From IMG/VR virus record IMGVR_UViG_2718218172_000010: a DNA stretch of 64,000 nucleotides; one strand, 5' to 3'. Made by a program: the position numbers and the translations under genes. Positions 1-10,316 of this stretch are shown piece after piece (the stretch's first letter is position 1; every line of letters begins with the position of its first letter). Below the pieces are notes generated by a model. The model made no database searches, had not been told where the DNA came from, and was given only the letters and a program-made list of their open reading frames with translations. This DNA comes from a virus. Lineage: Duplodnaviria > Heunggongvirae > Uroviricota > Caudoviricetes.

Positions 1-1145
1 ATATCCACGATTTCCGGATCAGGGTTGGCATGATCGGTTTCAGTCAGTACTTTGTTCAGATATTCAGTGACGTGCGCGGGGATGACCTCGATCCCAATTG
101 GTGCTTCTTTCACGGACGCAACCACGATGGCGCGTGAATAATCCAGCCCGCCAGGCATGGTGATGAATTTGTCGCGGAAAACAGAAAAGGGCGGTTTATT
201 TTCAGCGATAATTTCCTCAATGCGTTTAGCGTGTGCCGGATGAAGGTTATAGATGTCCACGTCCATTGAACGGGCCAGTACGCCAGTGGCTACATCGCGC
301 GCCAGTGACGTCAGATTGTGGACGAAACCTTCGCCGCGATCGGTGAGGTTCCCGCCGCCAGCATTAGCACCGGAAGCCGTGCGAGTGATGCGTGAAACAC
401 GATTCCCACTTCGCCATTCTTTTGTCAGAAGACCGCGATCAATGTGTTCGGTATCCAGCCAGGCTGAAATGAAATTCTTAAATTCATAGGGCTGATGTTT
501 TTTCGTGATAGAGAAAACTGCCTTAATTGCATCAGTCAGGCGGAGCAGGGCGGCATTATCCAGAGTTGTCGGTTCTGCCATGCCGCGTATGGCCAACAGC
601 AGATTCTGGACATAGCTGTTTTCCTGATCCATCTCAAGAGCAGTAATGTGTTCGCGTTGTTCTCGGGTGGCATGATGCAGGTATTTCCGATCCCCGGCCG
701 CATAGGTAAAAATGTGCAGAAGACGCTGTGTGAACCGCAAAGTAGATACAGATACTTCGCAATCCTGGCAATCCCCGTGAGCGTCTGCCCGTGTGTTTTC
801 TTCCTGGCCTTCCGCCGGTTCTTCGGTCTTCGGTGCATTCTCCTGATGGTGAACGTCGTCTGGCGCTGCTCCCGGTTTTAGTTCCCAGGTCATGGAGTCT
901 TTGCTGAGTTGATAGCGTTCACTCCAGGTAAAATCGATCTCACCTTCAGGGGGAAGGTCATTAACGACAGGAAAATTCGTGGCAACAGGTTTAAAATAGC
1001 TGCTCAGTTTTTTACCTGACTTAACGAGCAGGTAGTCCAGAGTGGCACAGGTCGATTCAAAATCGTCGCTTGCCCACAGGACGACGTCAGGTTCACCGGA
1101 TGATTTTTTCGCTTTCCGTAACAGGAAGAGTGGTTTTGTGCTCAT
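1..1145 (-). CDS. recE: RecE-like exodeoxyribonuclease VIII, N-terminal part; the gene runs off the window start
   Basis: Reverse-strand ATG at 1143-1145 with GAGG SD; translation begins [26 protein letters not shown]..., matching recalled Rac RecE N-terminus; reading frame open to position 1. Confidence 0.7.
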   Translation of the reverse strand, partial: MSTKPLFLLRKAKKSSGEPDVVLWASDDFESTCATLDYLLVKSGKKLSSYFKPVATNFPVVNDLPPEGEIDFTWSERYQLSKDSMTWELKPGAAPDDVHHQENAPKTEEPAEGQEENTRADAHGDCQDCEVSVSTLRFTQRLLHIFTYAAGDRKYLHHATREQREHITALEMDQENSYVQNLLLAIRGMAEPTTLDNAALLRLTDAIKAVFSITKKHQPYEFKNFISAWLDTEHIDRGLLTKEWRSGNRVSRITRTASGANAGGGNLTDRGEGFVHNLTSLARDVATGVLARSMDVDIYNLHPAHAKRIEEIIAENKPPFSVFRDKFITMPGGLDYSRAIVVASVKEAPIGIEVIPAHVTEYLNKVLTETDHANPDPEIVD

Positions 1146-1246
1146 TGTTTTTTAACCTCAACTCAGATTAAAATTCGTTTTGTTCAGTGAATGATCTTGC
1201 CGGATACACACTGTTCATAGCCTGCGCCATACGCAGGCTATTTCTT

Positions 1247-1522
1247 TCAGATTTCACCGTTTAATTTCATTGCAATCAGAGTTGCCAGAAATCCGGCTTT
1301 TTTTTCTGCGGGCAGATTCTTTCCGATGTGAACCAGGCACATTTTTGTGACACCTTCATCAAGTGTTTTTACGTTGCCTGATGGACCGTCGATATCAACC
1401 ACAGTGAATGGGGTTTCTTTATTTTCTGTTTTAATCACGTAGCCAATACGCTTTCCTTCCAGATTAACCTCGTGAACAATGTCATCGGTAGTTACAACAG
1501 TGGCTTCATAATTGGTAATCAT
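1247..1522 (-). CDS. racC: RacC-like small protein (91 aa)
   Basis: ATG preceded by AAGGAG; MITNYEATVVTTDDIVHEVNLEG...; sits immediately upstream of recE as in Rac. Confidence 0.6.
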   Translation of the reverse strand: MITNYEATVVTTDDIVHEVNLEGKRIGYVIKTENKETPFTVVDIDGPSGNVKTLDEGVTKMCLVHIGKNLPAEKKAGFLATLIAMKLNGEI

Positions 1523-1596
1523 GTTTTTCTCCTTAATTAAGGTTGAGCGAATCCCTGCCATTGCTGGCATAAATTCAGTTTCGAATAGTCAGTTAA

Positions 1597-1761
1597 TTAA
1601 AGTTCGTGTGCCATCTGGTCTTTTTCGGCACAATTTTCACTACAATATTTTTTCATTTCCGTCGTTGGGATAACTCCACGCATGAAATGAAGTGGTCTTT
1701 TAATGGTTTTGCTTTCTTCAACGTCTTTATTGCAAAGGTGGTAACCACATTTTATTTTCAT
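1597..1761 (-). CDS. YdaE-like Cys/His-rich small protein (54 aa)
   Basis: ATG with AGGAG SD; MKIKCGYHLCNKD...CSENCAEKDQ metal-binding-like pattern. Confidence 0.5.
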   Translation of the reverse strand: MKIKCGYHLCNKDVEESKTIKRPLHFMRGVIPTTEMKKYCSENCAEKDQMAHEL

Positions 1762-1963
1762 GATTTTCTCCTGTGAGGCCTGCGGGAATTTCTTCATCTA
1801 CAGGCCGGATAAATTTCTCAACAGGGAAACATTCACCAGCTACTTTTTGCTCAATAGCTGCGGCCTTGCATTCAGATTCGGAGTTATAAATTCCGGTAAC
1901 AACATCCTGAGTTTCGCCTGATGTCAGAAAAACGGTCATGACAAGAGCGAACAAAGTGTTCAT
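1727..1963 (-). CDS. hypothetical small exported protein
   Basis: ORF with N-terminal hydrophobic signal-like segment MNTLFALVMTVFLTSG; overlaps neighbours, start uncertain. Confidence 0.3.
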   Translation of the reverse strand: MNTLFALVMTVFLTSGETQDVVTGIYNSESECKAAAIEQKVAGECFPVEKFIRPVDEEIPAGLTGENHENKMWLPPLQ

Positions 1964-2093
1964 TTATTTTACTCCCGGTCGCAATTGCAAACTGAATAAT
2001 GGCCTGCTCAAACATTTCTTCATCCTGTAAAAATACAGCGATGGCGAATTTACTCTGTGCGGCACTGATAGCTGTTAGATGATTACGTTCCAT
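1884..2093 (-). CDS. hypothetical early-left operon protein (Kil-like position)
   Basis: ATG with AGGTGG SD 5 nt upstream; 69 aa; overlaps 1727-1963 ORF in another frame. Confidence 0.35.
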   Translation of the reverse strand: MERNHLTAISAAQSKFAIAVFLQDEEMFEQAIIQFAIATGSKINEHFVRSCHDRFSDIRRNSGCCYRNL

Positions 2094-2111
2094 AACGCCA
2101 CCTGAGCTACT

Positions 2112-2384
2112 TTATTCCTCGGTAACTTTATAACCATTAATTTCCAGAAATGTAGCGATATCCTGATATGAAAATTTTTCCAGAAGCTCATGAAGACGCC
2201 CCTCTGTTGAAAAGTATTCTGCTATTTCTTCGGCTCCAACCATTTCAATAATAGCGTCGTTATCTTCAACTGAATCAATCAGGTCTGATAACTTCACGCC
2301 ATTGACTTCAATACATAATTTTTGATTGTAATCGGGCTTAACCTGTACATCTTTTGCTGTTATTTCAAAACTTATCTCTTGCAT
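2112..2384 (-). CDS. hypothetical acidic protein (90 aa)
   Basis: Track ORF begins with TTG; first ATG at 2384 gives MQEISFEITAKDVQ... Confidence 0.4.
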   Translation of the reverse strand: MQEISFEITAKDVQVKPDYNQKLCIEVNGVKLSDLIDSVEDNDAIIEMVGAEEIAEYFSTEGRLHELLEKFSYQDIATFLEINGYKVTEE

Positions 2385-2557
2385 ATAATTCTCTTCTTGG
2401 TTACTAAGTGAATTTTGTGATGCGGTGCCTGGTGCCTCCAGGTGACTGCAACCAGTTAACAATTACAGTCGGCTTTCCCACCCAAACCAATAAGGACTAA
2501 CATGACTTTTAACTGTGCCGCGTGCGCTTAGCCGCATTCACCGCATCACAAAATTCA

Positions 2558-2640
2558 CTTTAAAAAGGGCGGACATCAGCCGAACTTCAAGAAAAAACTG
2601 ATGCCGCCAAGACTACACACAGCAATGTCGTTATTTACAA
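2558..2640 (-). ncRNA. dicF: DicF-like sRNA candidate with 3' terminator hairpin
   Basis: Minus strand reads ...GGCGGCAUCAGUUUUUUCUUGAAGUUCGGCUGAUGUCCGCCCUUUUUAAAGUGAAUUUUGUGAUG...; hairpin 2569-2608 then U-run; resembles recalled DicF 3' region; lies in the leftward early operon. Confidence 0.4.
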
Positions 2641-2806
2641 CCGGAGGCGCACTCCCACCATTTAAATTTAACAGACAAAACCGACTCTTTATGGATATCG
2701 GAAATGCGCCTTCGTGTTGCGCCCGGTTTTATTTCACCACCTCCGGGCTTTGGTGGCCTCGGCTATACCCCTACAGCGAGAATATTGAATTAATCCAAAT
2801 AATGGA

Positions 2807-2959
2807 TTAGCAAGTATTTCTGGCAAGCCAGCGACGTGCGCCCGTTTCAGTTTTGAATGTCTTGCTTTTGGTATAAGTCATGGCGGTGAACGTTCCATCC
2901 TGGTTGGGGAACACGCCACACACTAGGGATTCGTTGTTGCCGAGGTCGATTTTTTGCAT
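2807..2959 (-). CDS. YdfA-like small protein (DUF1391-like, 50 aa)
   Basis: Internal ATG at 2959; MQKIDLGNNESLVCGVFPNQDGTFTAMTYTK... Confidence 0.45.
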   Translation of the reverse strand: MQKIDLGNNESLVCGVFPNQDGTFTAMTYTKSKTFKTETGARRWLARNTC

Positions 2960-3340
2960 TTTGGAAACCCTCACATCTTGTTGTTGCGGATAGAGGCTTC
3001 TGCCTGCCAGAGATCCCAGTCGTTGCTGCGTAGAGCCTGTACAGCCTGGCTGTAAGTGATGTCGTAACAATCCATCAAATACTGAACTACTTCGTAATGC
3101 ACCATTTTATCTCTCCCTTTAACGCCGGGTGGCGGAACTAAAACCTACAGCGCCGTGCTGCTTCTGCAATAATATTAGTTATATTCATATAAGTGATCAA
3201 CACAAATATGCATTTTATTGATAAAAATGTACTATCGTAATGAAATTTTTAGTGTTTTTTTTGATAAAAAAGAAAGGTGAGGGTGCAGAGGGGACAAAAA
3301 AACCGCCAAAAATGGCGGTTTAGTTACGAGGTTACGGGAG

Positions 3341-3805
3341 CTATTTCTTCATGCGTTTCTGAGCTGCCAGCATCTTTTCAAACGCTTCTTTGTAGAGTTC
3401 ATTCTGACCTTTAAGCCTTTCGATTAGTTTTGCTTTTTCTGATTCGGGTAGGATTTCAAAAAGATCCAGTAAATCAGCTTGTTGCTTGTTAACCATCCGC
3501 CAACCTTCGCCTTCGAAACTTTCGTCATAAGTTCCTGAGGAACGGACGTAATTCATCAGATCAGCTAAATCAGGCCTCAACTCTTCAGGCTTAACTCTTA
3601 GTAATACAGCGAATTTTAATGCTGCATCAGTGTTTAGTGGAGCCTTTCCGTTGAGATAGTGGCTAACTGTGGATTGAGTCTCAAAGCCCATTAGCTCAGC
3701 AGCAAGCTCCTGAGTCAGTTTGAGCTCTCTTTTTTTGGCATCCCAGACTGCGCGCAGACGCTGCGTAGCTTCTGGCGATGCGATTTCTTCGCGTTTTCTT
3801 CTCAT
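3341..3805 (-). CDS. prophage repressor, HTH XRE-type (RacR/cI-like)
   Basis: 154 aa with helix-turn-helix LTQELAAELMGFETQSTVSHYLNGK; divergent from Cro-like gene. Confidence 0.7.
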   Translation of the reverse strand: MRRKREEIASPEATQRLRAVWDAKKRELKLTQELAAELMGFETQSTVSHYLNGKAPLNTDAALKFAVLLRVKPEELRPDLADLMNYVRSSGTYDESFEGEGWRMVNKQQADLLDLFEILPESEKAKLIERLKGQNELYKEAFEKMLAAQKRMKK

Positions 3806-3909
3806 ACCACCATCTTATGAACACAACTCATAATCTCAAACTGATATAGGTATTGATCATTTAAATTAATATAGTTAATATTTTGACAGGCATTACTAAG
3901 GTGACCCTT
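3806..3909. promoter_or_regulatory. immunity-region divergent promoter/operator region
   Basis: 104-bp AT-rich gap between divergent repressor and Cro-like genes; TTGACA at about 3885. Confidence 0.4.
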
Positions 3910-4185
3910 ATGACATTAGATGAATATTTGAAAAAAAATCGTGTACGACAGTCTTGTTTGGCTGCACTCGCTGGTTGTTCGCAATCAATGATTAGCCTCG
4001 TAGCTACTGGCCGTAGTCAGTTAAGCCCCGAAAAGGTATTGCGTATCGCGGAGGCTACGAATTTCGAGGTTACACCTCATGAACTTCGGCCTGATATCTA
4101 CCCGAATCCGACCGATGGTTTACCTGTTGGATGTAAAGCTAACACACAAAATGCACAGGAGTTGATTCATGAAAATCAGGCATGA
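3910..4185 (+). CDS. Cro/YdaS-like HTH protein
   Basis: ATG with AAGGTGA SD; HTH RQSCLAALAGCSQSMISLVATGR. Confidence 0.6.
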   Translation: MTLDEYLKKNRVRQSCLAALAGCSQSMISLVATGRSQLSPEKVLRIAEATNFEVTPHELRPDIYPNPTDGLPVGCKANTQNAQELIHENQA

Positions 4186-4591
4186 GCACATTGAATCAGT
4201 GCTGTTAGCCCTGGCCGCTGAAAAAGGGCAGGCATGGGTAGCCAATGCAATTACTGAAGAATATCTGCGCCAGGGGGACGGCGAATTGCCCTTGGTACCA
4301 GGCAGGGACTGGAACAATCAGCAGAATATCTATCATCGTTGGTTAAAAGGTGAAACGGAAGCGCAAAGGGAAAAAATTCAGAAGCTGATCCCAGCAATTC
4401 TGGCAATCCTTCCGCGGGAGCTGCGTCACCGACTCTGCATCTTCGATACCCTGGAACGCCGTGCATTACTGGCGGCGCAGGAAGCGTTGAGTACGGCAAT
4501 TGATGCGCATGATGACGCAGTCCAGGCCGTTTACCGTAAAGCGCATTTCGGCGGTGGTGGAGCGTCCGACGATTCTGTTGTAGTGCATTGA
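4169..4591 (+). CDS. YdaT-like regulatory protein (cII position)
   Basis: 140 aa, overlaps stop of Cro-like gene; MKIRHEHIESVLLALAAEKGQAW... Confidence 0.55.
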   Translation: MKIRHEHIESVLLALAAEKGQAWVANAITEEYLRQGDGELPLVPGRDWNNQQNIYHRWLKGETEAQREKIQKLIPAILAILPRELRHRLCIFDTLERRALLAAQEALSTAIDAHDDAVQAVYRKAHFGGGGASDDSVVVH

Positions 4592-4668
4592 TTGAAATTA
4601 ATCGTGCCGGATTGTTTTGTTCGGTATCAGTTAAATGTAACGCTGCGAGCGTTACAAGGTGAAAACAA

Positions 4669-5799
4669 ATGGCTTCAAACTGGATAAAGCTCGAGGTTAT
4701 TACGCCGGATAAGCCGGAAATATTCAGGCTTGCTGAGATTCTGAATATTGATCCAGATGCCGCATTAGGGAAGGTTATTCGCTTCTGGGCATGGGCGGAT
4801 CAACAAATGATAGACGGTAATGCAGATTGTAACGCTCGCGGCGTTACAAAAAGTGCAATAGATCGCATCACTTTTATGGCTGGTTTTGCTGATGCGTTAA
4901 TTCAGGTTGGATGGCTGGTCGAAAATGACGGTGGGCTTTCTCTACCTAACTTTGAACGTCATAACGGGAAAAGCTCTAAAAAACGGGCGGTTACAAACGA
5001 GCGAGTTACAAAAATACGCGAACTGAAACGAAAGGGTAACGCTGCCAGCGTTACACAAACGGATCAAAAAGCGTTACCAGAGGAAGAGGAAGAGGAAGAT
5101 ATAAATACTGATCTAACCCATCCCAAACCCTTCCCTTCCGGAAGGGAGTTCCGGGATTTTGTGGCTGGAGTGCTTGAGGGGAGATTATCTGGCGGTACTG
5201 CAGCGGAATTTTGTAATTCTGCGGTGGTTGCGTTGCAGGCTGCTGGCCTGGATGTCTGTCGTGAGTATCCGGTGCCAGAGCGTGGTGACGGCTGCGGAGG
5301 GCGGATTGATATCGTCGTGACTGACAGGAACGGTGTCCGGTGTGGGATCGAGCTTGACCGAAATTCTCCGCGACAGAAATCACTGCTCAAAATCGGTGCT
5401 GTTGAAACCGGGATATGTGTCTTGCGGCGCAGTGATATCGCAAGGCACACCGAGCAGGGAATTCTGGTTATCGGTGGGGCTGTTCGCCAGAAAAAATTTG
5501 ACCCGTTGTCTGTTGATCTGCCCGACTGGTTGCCGGAAACACTCTGGCATGAGTGGGTCCGGTTCAGACAGGCATTGCGAAAACCGATTCGAACGGAGCA
5601 GGGCGCTAACGGGGCGATACGGGAACTGGAAAAATTCCGTCAGCAGGGTTTTACACCTGAGCAGGTGATTCGACACAGCATCGCCAATGAATACCAGGGC
5701 CTGTTCGCGCCGAAAGGTGTTCGGCCAGAGACGTTGCTCCGACAGATTAACACCGTCTCGTTTCCGGACAGTGCGATCCCGCCAGGCTTCAGGGGGTAA
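4669..5799 (+). CDS. replication initiation / replisome organizer protein (O-like)
   Basis: 376 aa immediately upstream of DnaC-like loader; MASNWIKLEV... N-terminus. Confidence 0.55.
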   Translation: MASNWIKLEVITPDKPEIFRLAEILNIDPDAALGKVIRFWAWADQQMIDGNADCNARGVTKSAIDRITFMAGFADALIQVGWLVENDGGLSLPNFERHNGKSSKKRAVTNERVTKIRELKRKGNAASVTQTDQKALPEEEEEEDINTDLTHPKPFPSGREFRDFVAGVLEGRLSGGTAAEFCNSAVVALQAAGLDVCREYPVPERGDGCGGRIDIVVTDRNGVRCGIELDRNSPRQKSLLKIGAVETGICVLRRSDIARHTEQGILVIGGAVRQKKFDPLSVDLPDWLPETLWHEWVRFRQALRKPIRTEQGANGAIRELEKFRQQGFTPEQVIRHSIANEYQGLFAPKGVRPETLLRQINTVSFPDSAIPPGFRG

Positions 5800-5805
5800 C
5801 AGACC

Positions 5806-6552
5806 ATGAAAAATATTGCGACAGGCGGCGTTCTGGAACGTATCCGCAGACTGGCCCCGCCACATGTAACCGCGCCATTCAGGACGGTGGCGGAGTGGCG
5901 CGAGTGGCAACTTGCAGAAGGCCAGAAACGTTGTGAGGAGATCAACCGTCAGAATCGTCAGTTGCGGGTGGAAAAAATCCTGAATCGTTCCGGCATCCAG
6001 CCGTTGCACCGCAAATGCTCGTTTGCGAATTACCAGGTGCAGAACGACGGCCAGCGATACGCGTTGAGCCAGGCGAAATCCATCGCCGATGAACTGATGA
6101 CCGGATGCACAAATTTCGCATTCAGCGGAAAACCTGGTACCGGGAAAAACCACTTAGCGGCGGCTATCGGAAATCGCCTGCTGAAAGATGGCCAGACAGT
6201 GATTGTGGTTACCGTGGCTGATGTTATGAGTGCTCTACACGCCAGCTATGACGACGGGCAATCAGGCGAAAAATTTTTGCGGGAACTGTGCGAAGTGGAT
6301 CTGCTGGTTCTTGATGAAATTGGCATTCAGCGCGAGACGAAAAACGAGCAGGTGGTACTGCACCAGATTGTTGATCGCCGGACAGCGTCGATGCGCAGCG
6401 TGGGAATGCTGACAAACCTAAACTATGAGGCCATGAAAACGCTGCTCGGCGAGCGGATTATGGATCGCATGACCATGAACGGCGGGCGCTGGGTGAATTT
6501 TAACTGGGAGAGCTGGCGCCCGAATGTTGGTCAGCCAGGTATTGAAAAGTAA
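5806..6552 (+). CDS. DnaC-like helicase loader (AAA+)
   Basis: Walker [18 protein letters not shown] and Walker B LLVLDEIG; 248 aa. Confidence 0.8.
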   Translation: MKNIATGGVLERIRRLAPPHVTAPFRTVAEWREWQLAEGQKRCEEINRQNRQLRVEKILNRSGIQPLHRKCSFANYQVQNDGQRYALSQAKSIADELMTGCTNFAFSGKPGTGKNHLAAAIGNRLLKDGQTVIVVTVADVMSALHASYDDGQSGEKFLRELCEVDLLVLDEIGIQRETKNEQVVLHQIVDRRTASMRSVGMLTNLNYEAMKTLLGERIMDRMTMNGGRWVNFNWESWRPNVGQPGIEK

Positions 6553-6572
6553 TTTTTACCGGGAGGAAATTT

Positions 6573-7316
6573 ATGGAGACTGTTTTTGACGCACTGAAAG
6601 CGATGGGAAAAGCCACGTCGGTAGAGCTGGCTGCGCGACTTGATATCAGTCGTGAAGAAGTACTGAACGAGCTGTGGGAACTGAAAAAGGCTGGCTTCGT
6701 TGATAAAAGCGTATACACCTGGCGTGTGGCTGATAACAACGTTCAGCAGGAACAGCCAGCGCCAGAAGAACAGCCGGAAGAAACCACCACGGCGACAGTA
6801 GCGAAAATCTCAGAGTGCGATTTAACCGCGACGATTGAACAACGCGGACCACAAACGGCGGATGAACTGGCTACGCTGTTCGGTACAACATCCCGCAAAG
6901 TGGCTTCAACGCTGGCAATGGCAATCAGCAAAGGTCGTCTGATTCGTGTTAATCAGAACGGTAAATTTCGTTACTGCATGCCGGGCGGTAATTTACCAGC
7001 AGAGCCGAAAGCGGCATCGGTAGCGGAAACTGATGGTAAAGCCTTTCCTCAGCCTGCATGTGTTGCGTTACCAGTACAGGAGGCTGCAACACAGGAAGAT
7101 ATTAAAACAGAAACTGTGGCAGACATTGTGCAGCCGCTTGAGAAGCGAGTGGATAATCTGGTTCTGCCATCGCTGCGACAGGCAAACCGCGAACTGCGTC
7201 GGGCGAAAAGTGATATCCGGAAATGGGAGCGAGTCTGCGCCGCGCTGCGGGAGCTGAATAAATATCGCGATATTGTCGCCCAGCTTTGCCAGGAGGCAAC
7301 CAGTGAGCAAGATTGA
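6573..7316 (+). CDS. hypothetical phage protein
   Basis: 247 aa ORF with GGGAGG SD. Confidence 0.5.
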   Translation: METVFDALKAMGKATSVELAARLDISREEVLNELWELKKAGFVDKSVYTWRVADNNVQQEQPAPEEQPEETTTATVAKISECDLTATIEQRGPQTADELATLFGTTSRKVASTLAMAISKGRLIRVNQNGKFRYCMPGGNLPAEPKAASVAETDGKAFPQPACVALPVQEAATQEDIKTETVADIVQPLEKRVDNLVLPSLRQANRELRRAKSDIRKWERVCAALRELNKYRDIVAQLCQEATSEQD

Positions 7317-7803
7317 CTATCAGGCACTGCGTGGGGCGGCAGAAGCAATAAAAATAGCAGCCACACCACAAAAATTGCTGGCATTTCGTATGAAAGTCAC
7401 ACCTCAGGTTGTGCTGGAACTGCTGGATGAACTGGAAATTAAAAGCAAACGAATTAACGAGTTAATCAAGGGTGGTGAAAACGCCAAATACGTGACTGAA
7501 ATTTTCCGACTTGAGAAAGAACGCATGGCGCTGGCAGCGGAGAATGCGGCGCTTAAACAGTCGGAGAAGGAATTTAATAACTTCTGTCGTCAGGAGTACT
7601 ACGGTTGGGAGGACAACTTCACGGAAACCCCAGCCACCGATGCTTTCCTGGCTGAAGTACGGGCGGTGGCGTTTGACGAACTTCGCGCGGCGTTTGTCAG
7701 GCACGTAAAAGTTGCAGGACTGGATGAGGCCGATACCGTAACGCTTAAGGAAGTGACAGAAGCATTGTTGCATTGTGCGGAACAGATTCGCGCGCCTGAA
7801 TAA
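7303..7803 (+). CDS. hypothetical phage protein (GTG start)
   Basis: GTG at 7303 preceded by AGGAGG; overlaps upstream stop. Confidence 0.45.
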   Translation: MSKIDYQALRGAAEAIKIAATPQKLLAFRMKVTPQVVLELLDELEIKSKRINELIKGGENAKYVTEIFRLEKERMALAAENAALKQSEKEFNNFCRQEYYGWEDNFTETPATDAFLAEVRAVAFDELRAAFVRHVKVAGLDEADTVTLKEVTEALLHCAEQIRAPE

Positions 7804-7898
7804 TTAAATTTAGTGTTGTAAATAAAATTTAATCCTTAACCGGAGGGATTTCTGCACCCTCAGAACATCAGGAGGCCGCCCGAAAGGGCGGTAATGAA

Positions 7899-8072
7899 AT
7901 GCGAAAGTTCAAAATAATTATTGAAACGGGAATAGCTGGTGGAGATTTTGAGGATGTATTCGAAGTGGATGATGATGCGACACCAGATGAAATACAGGAC
8001 GAAGCAAAAGAAATTTTCTTTAACTACTGCAATTACTCATATCACGAAATAAAAGACGAGGAGGAAGAATAA
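7899..8072 (+). CDS. small acidic hypothetical protein (57 aa)
   Basis: Short ORF below track threshold; abuts next small ORF. Confidence 0.3.
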   Translation: MRKFKIIIETGIAGGDFEDVFEVDDDATPDEIQDEAKEIFFNYCNYSYHEIKDEEEE

Positions 8073-8073
8073 A

Positions 8074-8250
8074 ATGGCTGATTTTGGTTCAACTAAATAC
8101 AACGTCAGTTTTGAAGAATGGCATGAACTGTTAATGGACTATGCAGAGTTACGCGGTGGAAGTGCCGCTGATGCTGAAGCATGGCGTGATGACTACGAAG
8201 CAGGAAAAACTCCGGTCGAAGCATATTGTGATGAGTGGGGCGATGAATGA
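8074..8250 (+). CDS. small hypothetical protein (58 aa)
   Basis: ATG 2 nt after previous stop; its stop overlaps the next start (ATGA). Confidence 0.3.
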   Translation: MADFGSTKYNVSFEEWHELLMDYAELRGGSAADAEAWRDDYEAGKTPVEAYCDEWGDE

Positions 8251-8606
8251 GCGAGATTAATTATCAGGAAGGACATGAAACGGCAGGGCAGGCAAAACCA
8301 GTTGCATGGCGATATCGCTACGTGAAAAAAGGCGTTACGGACTCTCAGGGGGAGCCGTGGGTTGGTGACTGGAAATATGTACCGACAAAAGAGGATTGCA
8401 ACGACAGGCCGAGCTATGAAATTCAGGCGTTATTCACTGCCCCGCCTGTGCCACTGACACCAGAAGGATTGATTAAAGCAGTGCGCTTCTATGAACAGGT
8501 AAAGTGTGAGAATCCGCCAGCTGAAACCGGAGCATGGAAGGACGCTATTGACTGGGTACTCAAGGAGGCCTGCCTGGTTGTAAACACTGGCATCAAAGGA
8601 GGCTGA
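8247..8606 (+). CDS. hypothetical phage protein
   Basis: 119 aa; translationally coupled to upstream small ORF. Confidence 0.45.
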   Translation: MSEINYQEGHETAGQAKPVAWRYRYVKKGVTDSQGEPWVGDWKYVPTKEDCNDRPSYEIQALFTAPPVPLTPEGLIKAVRFYEQVKCENPPAETGAWKDAIDWVLKEACLVVNTGIKGG

Positions 8607-8822
8607 ATGGGTATTGCTGCAAGTTACACCATGCATCTCTACTGTGATTGTCGCCAGTGTACGGATGGCAAATATCAGTCGCCAGACTTTGGTGAGTATA
8701 TCGGTACGTCATGGGCTGGCTGTGCAAAAGAGGCACGTAAAGATGGGTGGCGAATAAGCGCCGACAAAACGCGTGCTTTTGCGCCAGGGCATAAAATTTT
8801 GAGGAGCAACAAAGGAGAGTGA
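8607..8822 (+). CDS. hypothetical Cys-rich small protein
   Basis: AAGGAGG SD; 71 aa. Confidence 0.4.
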   Translation: MGIAASYTMHLYCDCRQCTDGKYQSPDFGEYIGTSWAGCAKEARKDGWRISADKTRAFAPGHKILRSNKGE

Positions 8823-8823
8823 T

Positions 8824-9042
8824 ATGCCTACATTATTCAGAAAAGAATATCCGCGAAAAAGTAGAGCGACAGAATTTTTGTTTCTCATTCTGTTTATCGT
8901 GTTGATGATACCGATATCCCCGCTATTACTGGCCTGGATAATCGGAAAAGTAATTGAGCCAGTTATTGAATTGTATAACGACGTGGTATGGGCCTCGTTC
9001 AACACACTGCACAATAAAATTAATCCGTATAAGGAAAACTGA
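8824..9042 (+). CDS. small membrane protein
   Basis: AAGGAG SD; hydrophobic core FLFLILFIVLMIPISPLLLAWIIG. Confidence 0.4.
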   Translation: MPTLFRKEYPRKSRATEFLFLILFIVLMIPISPLLLAWIIGKVIEPVIELYNDVVWASFNTLHNKINPYKEN

Positions 9043-9043
9043 A

Positions 9044-9589
9044 ATGACTTTTACCGAAAAAGAAATGATTAAAGAAATCAAAGAGCGCATAGGCAGCCTG
9101 GACGTGCGAGACAATATTGAGCGCCGGGCTTATGAAATTGCTCTGGCATCGCTGGAAGCAGAGCCGGTGCTTTATATGAATCGATTTACCGGAAAGACAT
9201 TCTCACTGGAAGGGCAACCAGGAGCAGACAAGGAACCGGAAATATACGTGCCGCTATACGCTGCTCCGCCAGCGCCGGTAGTGCCGGAATTTGAAACATG
9301 GTTTAACAGCCAGGAGTCAGGGAGGAGTATATGCAGCACACAGATTCGTCGCTCCCTTCAGGAAATCTCATGGAACGCCTGCTGCGCCGCCATGCTTCAG
9401 GGGAAAGGCGATGGTATCCTCACCAATGAGGATACCAAAGGGGACGTTCAGGTACGGGAATTAACAATGCTGATTAAACAACTGGCTAGCCAATTGAGGA
9501 AAGTGAAGCCGAACTGCAAATTACCGGATAAGGCGATGAGTTATCTGGAGCGGAACGGACTGATAAGCGTGGAGGATATTTTACGATGA
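9044..9589 (+). CDS. hypothetical phage protein
   Basis: ATG at 9044 after AAGGA; 181 aa. Confidence 0.5.
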   Translation: MTFTEKEMIKEIKERIGSLDVRDNIERRAYEIALASLEAEPVLYMNRFTGKTFSLEGQPGADKEPEIYVPLYAAPPAPVVPEFETWFNSQESGRSICSTQIRRSLQEISWNACCAAMLQGKGDGILTNEDTKGDVQVRELTMLIKQLASQLRKVKPNCKLPDKAMSYLERNGLISVEDILR

Positions 9590-9669
9590 CCTGGCCTGAA
9601 GCATTCACAACGGTAGGAATTGCGATGGCGGTGGCGCTGGTGGTGTATTCGATTTGCCGATGGGGATAA
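9586..9669 (+). CDS. 27-aa hydrophobic peptide
   Basis: ATG overlapping upstream stop, GGAGGA SD; MTWPEAFTTVGIAMAVALVVYSICRWG. Confidence 0.3.
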   Translation: MTWPEAFTTVGIAMAVALVVYSICRWG

Positions 9670-9880
9670 AAACGGTTTGCGGGAAAAGGAGAGTTAAGTA
9701 GAATTGCTGCGGGTGCTTGAGGCTATCTGCCTCAGGCATGAACACCAAAAGGCAGATAGAGAAAAGCCCCAGTTAACATTACGCGTCCTGCAAGACGCTT
9801 AACATTAATCTGAGGCCCAATCTATGTCTCACAAATGTAGGTTAGCCTCTTACGTGCCGAAAGGCAAGGAGAAGCAGGCT

Positions 9881-10036
9881 ATGAAGCAGCAAAAGGCGAT
9901 GTTAATCGCCCTGATCGTCATCTGTTTAACCGTCATAGTGACGGCACTGGTAACGAGGAAAGACCTCTGCGAGGTACGAATCCGAACCGGCCAGACGGAG
10001 GTCGCTGTCTTCACAGCTTACGAACCTGAGGAGTAA
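9881..10036 (+). CDS. hokD: Hok-family type I toxin (HokD/RelF-like, 51 aa), with overlapping mok-like frame from 9824
   Basis: MKQQKAMLIALIVICLTVIVTALVTRKDLCEVRIRTGQTEVAVFTAYEPEE; upstream fold-back elements resemble the plasmid hok locus at 61123-61422. Confidence 0.75.
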   Translation: MKQQKAMLIALIVICLTVIVTALVTRKDLCEVRIRTGQTEVAVFTAYEPEE

Positions 10037-10104
10037 GAGACCCGGCGGGGGAGAAATCCCTCGCCACCTCTGATGTGTCAGGCATCCTCAACGCACCCGC
10101 ACTT

Positions 10105-10136
10105 AACCCGCTTCGGCGGGTTTTTTGTTTTTTTTC
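10105..10136 (+). terminator. rho-independent terminator
   Basis: CCCGCTTCGGCGGG hairpin followed by T-run. Confidence 0.5.
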
Positions 10137-10316
10137 AGTGAGTTTGTTCCGTCTGCCTGTACTGGTGTGGGGGGGGCTAATTTTGTTATTCAGGTGGCTT
10201 ATTGCTGTTGATCGGTATGTCTTCACGGCTAGAATCGAGGCTCTTAAGTAGCGCGCAGGGATAAGAGGGATGGACCCTGAGAAGGGGAGAGCTATTTATC
10301 TGGAAGGATTCTGAAG

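Noticed and set aside
2601-2810. 69-aa plus-strand ORF
   Set aside because: Lies over the DicF-like terminator region opposite the operon direction; no SD.
5380-6153. 257-aa minus-strand ORF (and 5640-5945)
   Set aside because: Antisense to the well-supported O-like and DnaC-like genes; no SD; shadow ORF in GC-rich coding DNA.
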